DNA of 64,000 bases, from positions 74,648,001 to 74,712,000 of the forward strand of contig OZ024742.1 of assembly GCA_964016885.1 (NCBI GenBank), in the 5' to 3' direction. The DNA is from Eledone cirrhosa (taxonomy: Eukaryota). Positions 1 through 13,176 of the stretch are shown in pieces; the stretch's first letter is position 1, and the number at the start of each line of letters is the position of its first letter. A program made the translations under genes and the position numbers. The notes below the pieces were generated by a model. It was not told the origin of the DNA. It worked only from the letters and a program-made list of their open reading frames with translations, and searched no databases.

Positions 1-978
1 CGTTGAAGAATTGGTCGAGTGCCAATCTCGCCGCAAGATCGTCGGTTGCGACCTGTCCTAAACGCCTCTTCTAGCTTTCTGACTAGCTCTCCTTCTACTC
101 TATTTTCCACTATCACTAGTCCTTTGCTAAACCTAATCGACTCTACTTTAATTGCCCTTTTCAAGGCGAACAACCACTTGTTGTTGACGACCGCTCCCGT
201 CAACGCCCGCTTAACTAATACGCTAATCCGATCTCTGTAGGCTTTGCGAGCCGAGAAAGACGCGTTCAGCTTCCAGTGACCGGGTCCTTGTCTATGAAGT
301 CTGTCTATGTCAATCTCACAGATCACATATTTGTGGTCTGAGTAGTCGACTATTTTAAATTGTGGACTACTTATACTAGCCTTATCTAGTTCTCTGCAGA
401 ATACCCTATCGAGATACGATCTGGATGACCCGATGCGGTTTGTCCATGTCCACATTGGCACATTCGGGTAATCCAGTCGATACCTGTCAAACAGTTCAAA
501 ACGTCTGAGCAGGTTGGTGAGGCTCTTGCACCCTCCTCCCCTATCCACTATCTCCACACAATCCCAGCGTGCATCCAAGATACCGTTCCAGTCGCCCACT
601 AACACTAAAGAGCGAGACGTTCCAAGAAAGGTCTCTAGACGTCTGAAGAAATCTGGCCGTCCTAGCCTTCGCTGCTGGCCATGTCCAGCACCACCGACTT
701 ACCTTCTGGGTCCAGGAAGATGGCGAGATCCAAGCCTCTCCGAACCCCTCCCCCCGATCGTGGACGGCTGGGAGATGTGAATACATCGTAGCCGCCGAAG
801 ATCGGTACGAAGGCTCGTACTTCGGAGATTCTTGTCTCGCTGATGGCCACCACATCTATGTTTAGTGACCTGAGGTCGTTGAGCAGGTGGCCCTGCTTCC
901 AAGATGACCCAAGGTCACTGCATTTATACTGGCTATTCTAAGTACGGCCATGTAGGATGAGAAACGGGGCAAGTGAGA
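1..978 (-). mobile_element. Tx1-clade non-LTR retrotransposon, family C, 5'-truncated at the ORF1/ORF2 spacer; continues beyond the window start
   Basis: Minus strand encodes the APE N-terminus (MAVLRIASINA..., VAISETRISE, GDWNGILD). Sequence parallels 35170-36190. Ends directly against (AAT)33. Confidence 0.9.
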
Positions 979-1580
<602 letters not shown>

Positions 1581-1602
1581 CATATAATAATAATAATAAT
1601 AA

Positions 1603-2746
1603 AACCTGTTGAAAAGCATGAGAGAAGTAAGAAGCTTCATTCTATCTTGAAGGAGAGCAAAAAATATGCTACTGATCTCATACTTGATACCCAGGCTGGA
1701 CAGACTAAAGAAACTGTTGCAACTGATGCTGCTAGGCTCATAAAATCACTGGCAAAAGCAAAAGGGCAAGGACAATTAGCATCAAATTGAGAGCAGAAAC
1801 CTCTGCATGGCAAATATGTGGCCCGTAGCAAACAAGCTGATGTTGACCAAAAGCACATCCATCAGTGGCTACGTAGTTCAGGACTAAAGGCGGAGAATGA
1901 AGGCTTCATCTTAGCTACCCGAGATCAAAGCTTATTGACTCGTAATTACCAGGCCAATGTGATGAGAAACGGAATAAACCCAAAGTGCCCATTCTGCAAT
2001 GCTGAGGTTGAAACAGTGGATCACATAGTCTCTGGATGTAAAGTTTTAGCACTAGTAGAATACAAATATAGACATGACAGAGTTGGCCAATATCTACACT
2101 GGGTAATATGTCGGCATTACAAAATCAAAGGTGAAGACAAGTGGTACAATCATCACCCTGAGGCTGTAACTGAAGGAGAAAAAGTAACAATTCTCTGGGA
2201 CTTTCCTGTACATACTGACAGAACCATAAAAGCAAATAGACCTGACATCATTGTAAAAGATCAACATAACAAGGTCTGTTTATTGATAGATATGAGCATC
2301 CCATTCGATCACAATATCGCAGCAAGAGAATTTGACAAGCTATAAAGATCTGCTTATTGAAATTGAGAAAATGTGGCACCTCAGGGCCGTTACAATACCA
2401 GTGATTGTGGGAGGACTGGGAATGATCAAGAAAGGAACAGAACAATATTTGCGAATGATTCCTGGTTTACCCTCTCTGCATGAGGTTCAACAAATTGTTT
2501 TGACTGGTACTGCACACGTATTGAGAAGAGCACTATCTCTGTAAGATTGATATCCCTCCTTGTATTTACATATGCATATGCACATGTGTATATATGTATA
2601 CTGTTTTTTTTTGTTTATTTTTTTAAATTATAATCAATGTGCTGTATTAACTGGCTTACCAATGCACACTGTGAATTTATTTGCCCTAGGTGTCAGGAAG
2701 ACACTCGGCATATATCTCAGAAACAATAATGAAAGAAAATAAAAAC
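1603..2746 (+). mobile_element. R4/Dong-type RLE non-LTR retrotransposon, 5'-truncated, disrupted
   Basis: ORFs 1818..2345 and 2332..2544 contain CPFC-x8-H-x4-C, RHD and RPDIIV...IDMSIP (PD-(D/E)xK type). Homologous to the C-terminus of 23138..25504. AAT tracts on both sides. Confidence 0.9.
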
Positions 2747-3007
2747 AATAATAATAATAATAATGTTTTCTTTATTAACCACAAGGGTTTACATGAAGTA
2801 GACATTAAGGACAGTACAGGACAATACAGGACGGTAAAATGGGCATTTCTGCGTGTAAAAAAAACAGCGGATGAAATAAAATAACAAAGAAAAATTCCCC
2901 AGTAGGGGGGAGACTTCCGAGGGACATTTGTGGAGAAAGCCCATTAAAAGACCACAGTGGCCCTGACCACCAGGGCAAGTGCCCTCTCCCAGTTTTCCAC
3001 CTTTAAT

Positions 3008-6000
3008 TTACAGACACATACTCAGAGAAGGCCCATTCATTCGGGCCATACTTGCTTCTCTCACCCATCTTTCAACAAAATGCTGGGAAGAGAGCACTTC
3101 CCTCTCTACCCTGATTTTCCTTTTCAAATGAAATTTGAAAAAGTTAATCAGAGCATCACCGAAGAGGTAAGTGCTCGTCTTCAGCCCTTTCAAACGTGTC
3201 CACCATACTATCTCTTTCGCCATGGCCACCAGACAGATAAAAACTGCCTGCCCTTCCCGGCTAAAGGAAGGGGGCGGCGCAATCCTTACGATGGACTCAG
3301 CTGATAGCTGGATCCGTCCTACACGTGACAGCAGGTGTTCGACATAAACCCACAAGTCAGCAATGCTCGGACACTGGACGAGTGCGTGCAGGACGGTTTC
3401 GTCGCCCTGTGCGCATCTCGGACATGCCCGGCTGACGGCACCTCCATGCCTGTAAAGCATGAGATTGGCTAGTTGATTTTCGTCGACGCCTAGAGTTTCT
3501 CCAAGTACGTCGTCGCTCTTCCCCTCCACTAATCCCCTATAGAACGCCAAGGTGGAGTTTCCACCGATCACATTGCCCGATTGGTGAGACGAGCTGGTGA
3601 AAAACGTGTCTAGCAAACGGCGACCACACCTGATCACCGTCGAGGAAGAGGTGGAGATGTCGTAGCCTGAGCGCGTGTCTGCGCATCATCAGCCACGGCA
3701 TGCCCAGCCCTCCACGTAGCGGGTGTTGACAGCAGATGGACCGCCTGACCATCGGAGCGCGTCCCTTCCACAAGAAGCGAAAGAGCAAACGCTCCAGCGC
3801 AGTCAGGCGGGGCTTAGGACAAGGTACGACGGTCAGGCGGTAGTAGATGACGGACGCGATGTATGCGTTAGCCACCTCCGTTCGACCTTTCAGGGATAGC
3901 TTCCTCTCGGCCCATTTCTGTGTGAGAGAAGCCACCCTGCTCGTCACCTCGTCCCAGTTTTTGTCCGTCTGGAGGTCTGGACCGAACCAGACCCCTAGCA
4001 ATTTAACCGGTCAGTCCGTCCAGCGCCCGACGACGCTGTTGGACGGCACGGACCTGCCTCTCCAGGTGCCGAGCTGCAGGCCCACTGAATTTTCCTGGTT
4101 GATCATTGCTCCTGTCACCGCTTCGTATTCTCTTAGTGTAGTGCCGATCGCCTCGATGTGTTTGGCGTTCGACACCACTACGGTGACATCGTCGGCATAT
4201 ACTGACACGGATCTTCCGCATCCTAGTTCGCGCGGGACCCCCCTCAACGTCTCCAGTTTGTGCAGTAATGGCTCGAGAGTCAATACGTACAATAGGGACG
4301 AGAGGGGACATCCTTGGCGGACCGAGCGCATGATGTTGAACGGCTCCGAAAGGTGACCGTTCACTCTCACTACAGAGCAGATGTCGCTGTGCATGGCAGC
4401 GATCCAGCCTCTGAAGACGGGCCCAAAGCCAGCCGCCCTCAGGACTGCCGCCAGGTAACGATGGTCGACCCTATCGAAGGCTTTCGACTGATCTAAATTG
4501 ATCAAAGACCCACCCGTGCCAGGTTCCCTAGCTACCCTCTCTACGATGTATCGCATGAGGTGGAGGTTGTCGTGGATGGATCTGTCGGGAATGGCGCATG
4601 TCTGTGCCTCTCCCACCAGACCACCAACGACAAGCGCCAACCTCTTTGCTAGCACCTTGGCCAAAATCTTGAACTCTGTGTTTAGCAGAGTTATGGGCCT
4701 AAAATTATCTATGTTATCCCCCTTGTTCGGATCCTTTCTCAGCAGCGCCACCGCTCCTCGGATCACAGAGCTGGGAATTCTCCCGTTCTGTTGCCAGTTG
4801 CAGTAGACGTCCGCCAAGAGGCCTCCGAACAAGTTTGGCATTTGTACGTAAAGTTCATAGGGCAGATCATCCAAACCAGGCGATTTACCCCTTGTGCAAC
4901 TAGTCATTGCATCCCGTACTTCAGCGGTTGCTATCGGCTTTTCGCAACACTCCGCCTCAGTGGCCGAAAGCCGCGGCAGTCCGTCGAGGTAGACACTAAA
5001 GTCCATCCCTCGATCCGGCCCGCCACTGCCCCCGAACAGTTGAGCGAAGTGTCGCTGAAAAGCTTCACACATTTGCCCAGGATCGAGTAGCATGCGCCCG
5101 TCGTGGTCCACCAAAGACCGGATCGTGGCTTTGTTGCCACGACGCGCCTCCGCCACTCGGGCCCATTGAACGGCTTTCGTCCCCTCGTGTCTGAGAGCAC
5201 GCACCCTAGCTCTGACAACGCAGCCTTCGTGCTTTGCATTGAAGAATTGGTCAAGGGCCAATTTCGCCGCAAGTACGTCGGTCGCGATGCCTTTGCTAAG
5301 CGCCTCCTCTAATTTTCTAACTAATTCTCCCTCTGCTCTATTTTTCTCTATTGCTAAAGTCTTACTAAACCTAATGGACTCTATTCTAATTGCTCTTTTC
5401 AGAGCAAACCACCACTTGTTGTTGACGATGGCCCCCGTCAACGCCCGCTTAACTAGTTCGCTAATCCGGTCTCTGTAGGCTTTGCGCGCTGGTAAGGACG
5501 CGTTTAGCTTCCAGTAGCCGGGTCTTGCACCCTCCTTCCCTATCCACTAATCCCACACAATCCCAGCGTGCATCTAAGATCCCGTTCCAGTCGCCCACTA
5601 ACACTAAAGAGCGGGACGTTCCAAGAAAGGTCTCCAGACGCCGGAAGAAATCAGGCCGCCCTGCTCCTGTCGGGGCATAGACGGCCACTAACCTGAAAGC
5701 TTGGCCGTCTCCGCTGGTCACGTCCAGCAGCACCAACTTACCTTCTGGGTCCAGGAAGATGGCCCGTATGGCAAGATCCAAACCTCTCCGAAAAAGCACA
5801 GCAACTCCTCCCCCCGATCCCGGACGGCTGGGAGATTAGTACACATCGTAGCCGCCGAAGATCGGTGCGAAAGCCTGTGCTTCGGAGATTCTGGTCTCGC
5901 TGATGGCCACTACATCTATGTTTAGTGACCTGAGGTCGTTGAGCAGGTGGCCCTGCTTCCATGACGACCCCAAGCCACGCGCATTTATGCTGCCTATTCT

Positions 6001-6012
6001 GAGTGAGGTCAT
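3008..6012 (-). pseudogene. Tx1 ORF2 (APE endonuclease-RT-CCHC), disrupted
   Basis: Segments 5461..5799, 4011..5441, 3537..4001 and 3008..3637; motifs KSPGLD, FRPITLLN, LDQSKAFDRV, YADD. Confidence 0.92.
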
Positions 6013-6046
6013 GTTGAAAAGGAGTGGAAAAGATGGGAAAGACCAC

Positions 6047-8015
6047 TTACCTTACTTCTCGTAGGGGAAGGACGGTTTTTCCATCCTTTTCACTGCTTGT
6101 GGCCTCCTCAGGAAGGATGTCCTTATAAATCCTCCTGGAGAGTGCTTGTCGGAAGTCTCCGATGTCTTTGGGGAATTTTTGTTTTAGTGTCATGTACGTT
6201 TTCTGTGTGATGCGAGTGATTTGTATGTGTGGAGGTGGTGTTAATTTTGGGGTTGTTGCGTAGTCTTTTTCTGTGATGCTGGTGTTGTGTTGGATGTAGT
6301 GTAATAATTGCTTGTTGTTCAAATTTAATGCTGTGTAGTGTGTATCGTTTTGGTTGTTTTGTTTTGTTTGCGTTTGTTGTGGGTTTGTTTCTGTTTCGCA
6401 TTTTGGTGACTTTTGTGGTGTAGGTGATGGTGGTGTTGGGGTTAATGATGGTGATGGTGTTGGTGTTTGGGTTGATCGGGTTGGTGATGCTGGTATGGAT
6501 GGTGGCATATCTGTCCTAACTTTTTTGTTTCTTAATTTATTTGTTTCCCTCTGTATTTTGTTTTTGGAGGGGGAAGGAAGAGAATTTTTTCTTTTTTGGT
6601 TTCTTCTTTTTTTTCCGGATATCGTTTCCCACTCCTCGTCGTCACAATCTGTCTCCAGTTGTGATAGGCCGGGGAGTGGAAAATCCTCCACAGCCGTTAG
6701 TTTTGGTTGTGGCGTGGTGGATGGTGTAGGCGCTGGTGCTAGTTCTGAAGCGTTGGGTGGTGGTGGTGTTGGTTTTGCTGGTGGTGGTGGTGGTGTTGGT
6801 TTTGCTACTGTTGCTGGGGTTGTTGCTGTTATAGTTGCTTCTGTTGTTGCTGCTACAGTTGTTGCTGCCATCTCTGCTACTGGTGGTGTTGATGGTTGTG
6901 TCACTGGGGTGAGTAGGAAAGGTGGCCTCAACCTTTTAGCCTGAGGGCAGAAAGCCCTTAGGTGGGTTCCTTCACCACAAACGACACACCTAGGTCTTCT
7001 GCCCTCGACAATTACCGTGAGGTGGCTGCCGTCAGTGAGGTCTATTACCTCTGGGATCTCCTCAATGCTTTTTTGGTCCGCTTGGATCAGGAGCTCCATC
7101 CCAGATCCGGACCAGTTCTCCTGCTTTTCTTTTGCTATTGCTATTATTTTCGTGTTGGCTTCGATGCCGGCGAGGACAGCCGCTATTAGCCAGGGAATTT
7201 CGATGGCCGGTGGAACGTGGGTCACCCTGATCTTTACGAGTCTCTGGCCACAATAGCTTGGGACGAGTGTGAAGTCGTCACTTCTTAATGGGACCATGGA
7301 GTGTTCTCTAGCCTCCTCTGGTGTTTCAAAGAACACGTCCACGGTTCCATACTTTTGCCCACGTCTGATGTGGGTTTTTCTTGCCCACACATGTCCCAAA
7401 GCTTTTTGGATTTGGGACTCGGATGCCCGTTCCACTCGGCGCGATTTTACATTTATTGTTCTATACGACACGGTGCATAGGCGCCGATGCTCCATTTTAT
7501 TAGGTGGGGTGGAGGGGGGGGGGGAGGCTGACCCTGTACCCATCTTTCTTTACCATTTGTTTGGCATTTTCTAAATCCTCCTGAGTTACCGTAAATGCTT
7601 CGAACTGTTTTGCTACTCTGGCGAAACTGAGGGGGGTTTTTATAATGTCATTGTTGTTGTTGTTGCTATCGTTAATATTAATTTTAGTTTCAGTTGTGGT
7701 GGTGGTGACGTCAGTCGTCTTTGGTGGGGAAGAGTCCATTTTGCTTGATTTCATTTCGACATCACGAGTTAATTTATTTTTTTCTTCTTCTGTTTCTGTT
7801 GTCGCGGTGGTGGTGGTGGTGGAGGCTTTAACACCTGCAGTCATTGGTAATGGCGGGAAATGAATGTCTGCCTGAGACAAATTTAAAATATTGCTACTGC
7901 TTATACTTTTTGTAGTGTTGGCAAACGTAGTAACATTTACAATGGTGGTGTCGGTGTGAGGTGTTAATTTGTGAGAAAGGCTTTCAGCTGCTTCGTGCAG
8001 AGGTGAATTAGCCAT
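6047..8015 (-). pseudogene. Tx1 ORF1 (RRM-like region + CCHC knuckle + Pro/Thr-rich linker), split by a frameshift in a C-run near 7510
   Basis: ORFs 7500..8015 and 6047..7543; CVVCGEGTHLRAFC is C-x2-C-x4-H-x4-C. The family C homologue is continuous across this point. Confidence 0.85.
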
Positions 8016-8225
8016 TTTTTTTTCAAAGAAATTTTTTGATAATAATAAAAGTTAAAATTTTGGGCACAAGGCCCCAATCTTTTTGGATGTCCTTTTCGGA
8101 AAACAATGTATGTGCGCTTATATATGGTTAACAATAAAAATGTTCCATAAATGGCAATTTTTAACAAACGGAAATAACAAATCTTTGCGGAGCTCACGAT
8201 GATACGATTTACTACGTAGGTCGCC

Positions 8226-8268
<43 letters not shown>

Positions 8269-8275
8269 TAATAAT

Positions 8276-8800
8276 GGTTTCTGATTTAGGCACAAGGCCA
8301 ACAATGTTTTGGGGAGGGTAAAGTCGAACAAATAACAACCACAACAGCAGCAACAGAAAACATAATTGTTTCAGATTTAGGTACAGCCCCAACACTTTTT
8401 TGGATGGGGATAAATTGATTACAGTGATCCCAATTCTAGATTGGAACTATATTTTGTTGACTTTGACAGGATTTGAACTCAGAACTTAATGAGCGGAACA
8501 AATGTAACGATCTTTCGAAAGAATTGTTTCTACTTTTGGCTCAAGGCCAGAAATTTGAAGGGAAGGTAATTACGTTACGGGTACACGCGTTAGAGAGATG
8601 CTTAGTCACTTGCACGTGAATTCCATGAGCAGACCGTTCCGTTGTTCAACAACCGGAACACTTATTGTCGAAACAGACGGAGGTGTATTTTATCTCTATC
8701 TTCAAGCATGAAAGGTAAAGCTAATCTCAGCGAGATTTGAATACAGAACGTAAAAGGATGTAACTATATATATGCCACAAAGCATGTTGTCCGATGCTCT
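8276..8800 (-). mobile_element. Cluster of degenerate SINE 3' ends next to the AAT tract upstream of A1
   Basis: Several variants of GTTTCT...GGCACAAGGCCA and GATTTGAACTCAGA, matching the SINEs at 31490-32492. Confidence 0.6.
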
Positions 8801-9159
8801 ACTGTAATAATAATTTTAAACTTACATAATGTATGTTAAATTTTATTTGTTAAAATAACAGAACATTTACAGAATGTTTTACAGTATATTTTTATTTACT
8901 TTTATTAATTTAATATGAAATGAAAATAGATTTAAAGTGTTAACAAACTAACTTCACATTTTCTTTATTAAAATTGCAATTTAAGGCAAGCATATGACGC
9001 ATTATGTATTCAAATATAAACTCCCTGCAATATATTTCCTATTTTACAAGTTGAGTGTTGACAATCTCCAGACAGACAGCAACAAAAGAGTCATAAAACG
9101 ATAAATATTAATATTTTCTTCGAACACCAAAAACGATAACGAATTCCAAAGAAATTATG

Positions 9160-9206
9160 TTACACTTCTATATATATTGATAATTTATCATTAATGTTGA
9201 AGTGAT
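9160..9206 (-). CDS. Host PAN-domain gene, coding exon 5 (last): (D)HFNINDKLSIYIEV*
   Basis: Acceptor tttttctttcAG. Phase-1 start matches exon 4. TAA at 9162-9160. AATAAA-type signals lie downstream (about 8840-8970). Confidence 0.75.
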
Positions 9207-9294
9207 CTGAAAGAAAAATCGATAAAAGGTGTTCATTATAACGAAATGAATAATAATTTCTTAGGTTACCATAATGTAATACATATATATAAGG

Positions 9295-9770
9295 TAGATA
9301 CAGCAAAATGGTTAGAATTCGCTTTGCAATCATTAGATCCCGGGTTCAATTCTACTGATTGTATTTTTTACAAGTGTTATTTACCATAGCAATTGGTTGA
9401 TCATATCTCGTGAGTGAAATTTCGGAAACAGAAACTGTTTGGAAGCCTATCAGATGGACTGTACCGGTAATACAAAAGGGCAAGCTTTGTCACACACTGT
9501 ATCATGCTGAAACTCCCTAAGAACCATGCCAAGAGTACACATGTCTGTGGAATGCTCAGCCACTTACACTATACTGCAAGATGGACTGTACCTATAATTC
9601 AAAGGGGAAAGTTGTGTCACACTGAATTTCCCTGGTAATTACTTTACCGATACACGCGTCTGTGGGATGCTTAGCCACTTGCACGTGAATTCCATGAGCA
9701 GACCGTTCCGTTGATTGAACAACCGGAACACTCATCGTCGGAACCGACGGAGGTGCATTCTATCTCTATC
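9295..9770 (+). mobile_element. Degenerate tRNA-derived SINE (second family)
   Basis: Head TGGTTAG...GGGTTCAATTC (A/B-box-like). Its 3' part (9650-9770) recurs at 8580-8700. Confidence 0.55.
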
Positions 9771-9893
9771 TTCTCAATCCCAAAGGTATGAAAACAAAAC
9801 AAAACAAAACAAAGTAGATCAAAGAGCAGGGACAGCGGGGACCTTTTTTTTAGTAGCAGGAGTGAAATACAACGGCGTAACAATCTATAGATA

Positions 9894-10090
9894 CAAAAGT
9901 AGGCTGAAAAGTTCATAGGATGACTATGAATGAGTTATGCTAGCGCTGTGAAATCTTGCATGCATTAATTTCAACTCTCTTTATTAATAACTGCATTGTT
10001 TCCTTTCAGGCACTATGTTGAAAAAATAAACGTCATTTGCTCATTCCAGGAGAGTACCTGGGTTAGCTTATGAACTTCAGCCGACCCTCG
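9894..10090. mobile_element. Tc1/mariner-type MITE
   Basis: Imperfect TIRs GGCTGAAAAGTTCATA / TATGAACTTCAGCCGACCCTCG flanked by TA. The same TIR recurs at about 50506-50530. Confidence 0.7.
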
Positions 10091-10319
10091 TATGTAACTT
10101 GTAATAAAATTACAAATTTGTTCTCAAGTTAAACCGTTTTAAACATTAAAGTGTTTAGATCAGCAGAGGTTTTCACATTTGAATAAGAGATAAATGGCAC
10201 CCACGATCTAGGTGTCCAACACTCTAGCCACAAACCGACGCTTTTTCTATTTTTGCCACTCCACCGCCATATTATGAGGTAAGTAAGGATTCGTTTCAAC
10301 TAGGTACTTTGATTAGATT

Positions 10320-10560
10320 TCTGTTCTAGCAATGAACTCTCTATTATGAACACCTTCTTCCAGCACCGAGATATCCATAAGGGGAATCAGGGACAGAGAT
10401 CAATAATTGATTTTGTCATTGTCTCTGATCTCTTCGATTCTGTGCCCCACGTTCGTGTTAAGAGAGGAGCTGAGCTGTCAACTGATCACCATCTAGTTAT
10501 CTGCAACTTGAGACTATCTAAAGCCAAAGAAGCCCACAAAACTGGTGGGTCGCCTTCGTG
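10320..10560 (+). mobile_element. RTE-like LINE endonuclease fragment
   Basis: NTFFQH...SIIDFVIVS...STDHHLV, the C-terminal APE motifs. Confidence 0.7.
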
Positions 10561-11925
10561 AACTATCTGCTGTGGAACTACTTCTATATATATATATATA
10601 ATTCTTCTTTCTTCTCATGTATTTTATATATATTTACCTCGGCTGCGTTTGTCTGTTTCTCTCTTACTGCTTCCCCGCTCTCTCTGTTTCTCTCACCTTC
10701 TTTCGCCCCCTCTTTCAGTTACACTTTCTCTCGACTGACCTCTTCCTCACACTTCCACTCACTCACTCACTCTCTGTTTCTCCCCTTCTCACTTCCTCCC
10801 GTTTGGCTTGTGTGGGTCTCTTCTTGCTCACATCTCACACACATCAACACGGTCTGTACCTCTCTCGCTCATGAAATCCACCCAGCTTATGCTGACCGGA
10901 CAACCATGTTGCTTGTTTATTTTCCTATCTTCGGTTTGCTTTTATCCTTCTATGTTGTTTACTTGTCCCCCTCGCCTTACGCGAATTCTGGTCCCAATAA
11001 CTTTTTTTAGTTATTGCTCGCACCAACCTGAGGTATCTGATTTTTAATGCGATGAAATACCAATGATGGTTGGAAAATCACTGACGAAGGACTATTTTTA
11101 TCGTATGTAACCCATGTGCAAACCACGCAGTATCCTTCTTTCTTCTCATGTTTTATATATATATATATAGAGAGAGAGAGGGATGGGCGAAAGAAGAGTG
11201 AATAAAAGTACGAAAACCAATGAGAGTGGAAGAGGGGGAAAGAGAGAGAAAGAGGGAAAGAGGGTGAAAGAGAGAGAAACAGATGGGTGGAGATAAGACG
11301 GCTGCAAGAAGAATTAGAATTAAATGAGAATTAAACTCACGCATATTTGAATATAATCGGTAAGCTTCCAAATTTAGACAGTCTCACTTACTTGAGCTAA
11401 AGACGGAATTTATATGTGGCGGTCTTGGAGAGCCTGAGAAACAATGGCTACATATTCTTCTTCGTAATAAACAATGAAATCTCGACCTATATACTTTAAA
11501 GTAGGGATCACAGAAATGCAAGCTTTGGGGTTTAGTATTTATGTCAGAACTCTCCAAAATAAGGAAAGGCAGATGGATAGGGCATATGTCAAACGATAAC
11601 ATTTATAAAACCAAGTGAACACTAATTTGGCCTTCGCAATGATAGGTGTACTGGAAACCTCTTATACGCGTATGTCAATTACATATTTATCGTCACCTAC
11701 GCAGATGACACCACCTTCCTTAACTTTCCGTACCAAAATGATATCCACGTGCAAACTAAACACTTCACTGAAGACCTGCACAGAATCCATGTTTACCTTA
11801 CGGACACTCACTTAACAGGAACAGATAGGGCAAATCGGTGAAGACAATGGTTTAAACTTTAAACGGACTTATATACGAAGAGTTTTGTATAAAAATAAAA
11901 GAAAGCAAGATATAATAAACCATAC

Positions 11926-12089
11926 CAAGCGAAATTGATGAAATCTTCAGAGTTTTCGTAACTACAATAGTTGGCCATCTCATAGAAAAATAATCTTTGC
12001 CACAAAACTCCTGCTCAGTTGTAACAAGCATCCACGCTGTATGGTTCTGGCAAGGAGTATTCGTTCCAAGCATTCCGAACGCCATTCCG
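11926..12089 (-). CDS. Host PAN-domain gene, coding exon 4: (S)GMAFGMLGTNTPCQNHTAWMLV...SISL
   Basis: Acceptor ttttttttttcAG, donor G|GTATGG; 164 nt, phase 2 to 1; lies inside ORF 11852..12121. Confidence 0.82.
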
Positions 12090-12182
12090 CTGAAAAAAAA
12101 AAATTGTTCTTTCACCTTCACTTTTTAATTATATATATATTAAATATGTTTTTATACCTTAACATTATATATATATATATAT

Positions 12183-12592
12183 CACCGGGAGAGATGACCC
12201 CTTAGCCTTTGTCAAGACAGAATTCTAGGAGAAGGAAAACTCTGATATAACACCTGCAACCCTGATGGTATCCAATGATGTTGACTTGTTCTTCTTTTTG
12301 GTAAATATCATCTTGGTTAAGAGAGTGGGACTGGCTTTGTGCAGTGCCTTTTCTCACTATAAAAGCTTCACGGCACAGGCATTGCTTTATATCTGGAGAT
12401 CTCTCTGCACTTGTCGTCACATGGTACCAAGGGCCCAGCACTATGTGTCAACAAGTGTCACAAGTGTAGTGTTTGTACCAGAGTTTTTAAGTCGGTGGCT
12501 GGACTAAAAAGTCACTCGTTCAGCGCATCCGTAGGAGTTATCTTACATGGATATAAAGTAGTGGCCGTACTCGAAAACGAGTTGGCAGCCAC
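12183..12592. mobile_element. RTE-like LINE 3' remnant(s) with C2H2 finger
   Basis: CSVCTRVFKSVAGLKSH in ORF 12411..12698; flanked by (TA)n. Confidence 0.55.
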
Positions 12593-12626
12593 CATATATA
12601 TATACATATATAATGAATATAGAAAA

Positions 12627-12677
12627 GGCTTCTACAGGACTAGAACTGTTTCATTCGGGAGAAATCATCAGGAAGCC
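12627..12677 (-). ncRNA. Minimal type I hammerhead ribozyme motif (Penelope-type)
   Basis: Minus strand reads GGCTTC CTGATGA t-ttc-tccc-gaa-t GAAA CAG-ttctagtc-CTG TA GAAGCC; the core and stems I-III are present. Confidence 0.8.
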
Positions 12678-12804
12678 TTGATGATTTCTACCGAATGAAA
12701 CATTTCTAGTCCTGTAGAAGCCTTTGCTATATTAAATATTTATACTCTGCTTTGTATTGAATACCTTACTTACTGTGGTTACCCCCGATTGAACCCGGGA
12801 TAAA

Positions 12805-12883
<79 letters not shown>

Positions 12884-13018
12884 CTATTATTATATATATA
12901 TATATGTAGATATGTGTGTGTGTATGTGTGTGCGTACACTGTCACCAATCTTACATACCATTGGATTCCATAAATTGTAGGTTTCAGTAGTAAACACAAT
13001 TAAAACAACTTCTTTTAC

Positions 13019-13176
13019 CTGCCAAACATTTCCAGGTGGCGTCCTGTAAACTTTGGAAAATCTGGAAAAGGAGTTTGCAAGGTAGTCTTCACACCGAACC
13101 AATTGGTACTATTTGTATTTTTTCCATTAAATTTCAACGTATGCATATCAGTCCCTGCATTCACAATCAACCAAAC
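13019..13176 (-). CDS. Host PAN-domain gene, coding exon 3: VWLIVNAGTDMHTLKFNGKNTNSTNWFG...EMFG
   Basis: Acceptor ttgttatAG, donor AG|GTAAAA; 158 nt, phase 0 to 2, open frame. This frame is not in the ORF track. Confidence 0.82.

Larger units (their letters stand above)
2765..8225 (-). mobile_element. Tx1 family A, copy A1 (both ends present; internal deletions and stops)
   Basis: 5' end is (ATT)n-GGCGACC and 3' end is AATAAAGAAAAC(ATT)n. ORF1 lies at 8015-6047 and ORF2 at 6012-3008 (APE, RT with QGCPLS and YADD, CPRC-x8-H-x4-C). Confidence 0.95.

Noticed and set aside
3847-5478. Long plus-strand ORFs recurring in each Tx1 copy
   Set aside because: They are antisense shadows of the GC-rich ORF2 with no independent motifs.
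5515-5530. Internal deletions in Tx1-A1 as spliced-out introns
   Set aside because: Relative to A2, the segment deleted at about 5523 has a 2-nt microhomology and cannot be placed with both GT and AG ends.
11068-11132. Hammerhead motif CTGACGAAGGAC...
   Set aside because: The GAAA core and stem III are degraded (GTGCAAAC); at most a dead PLE remnant.
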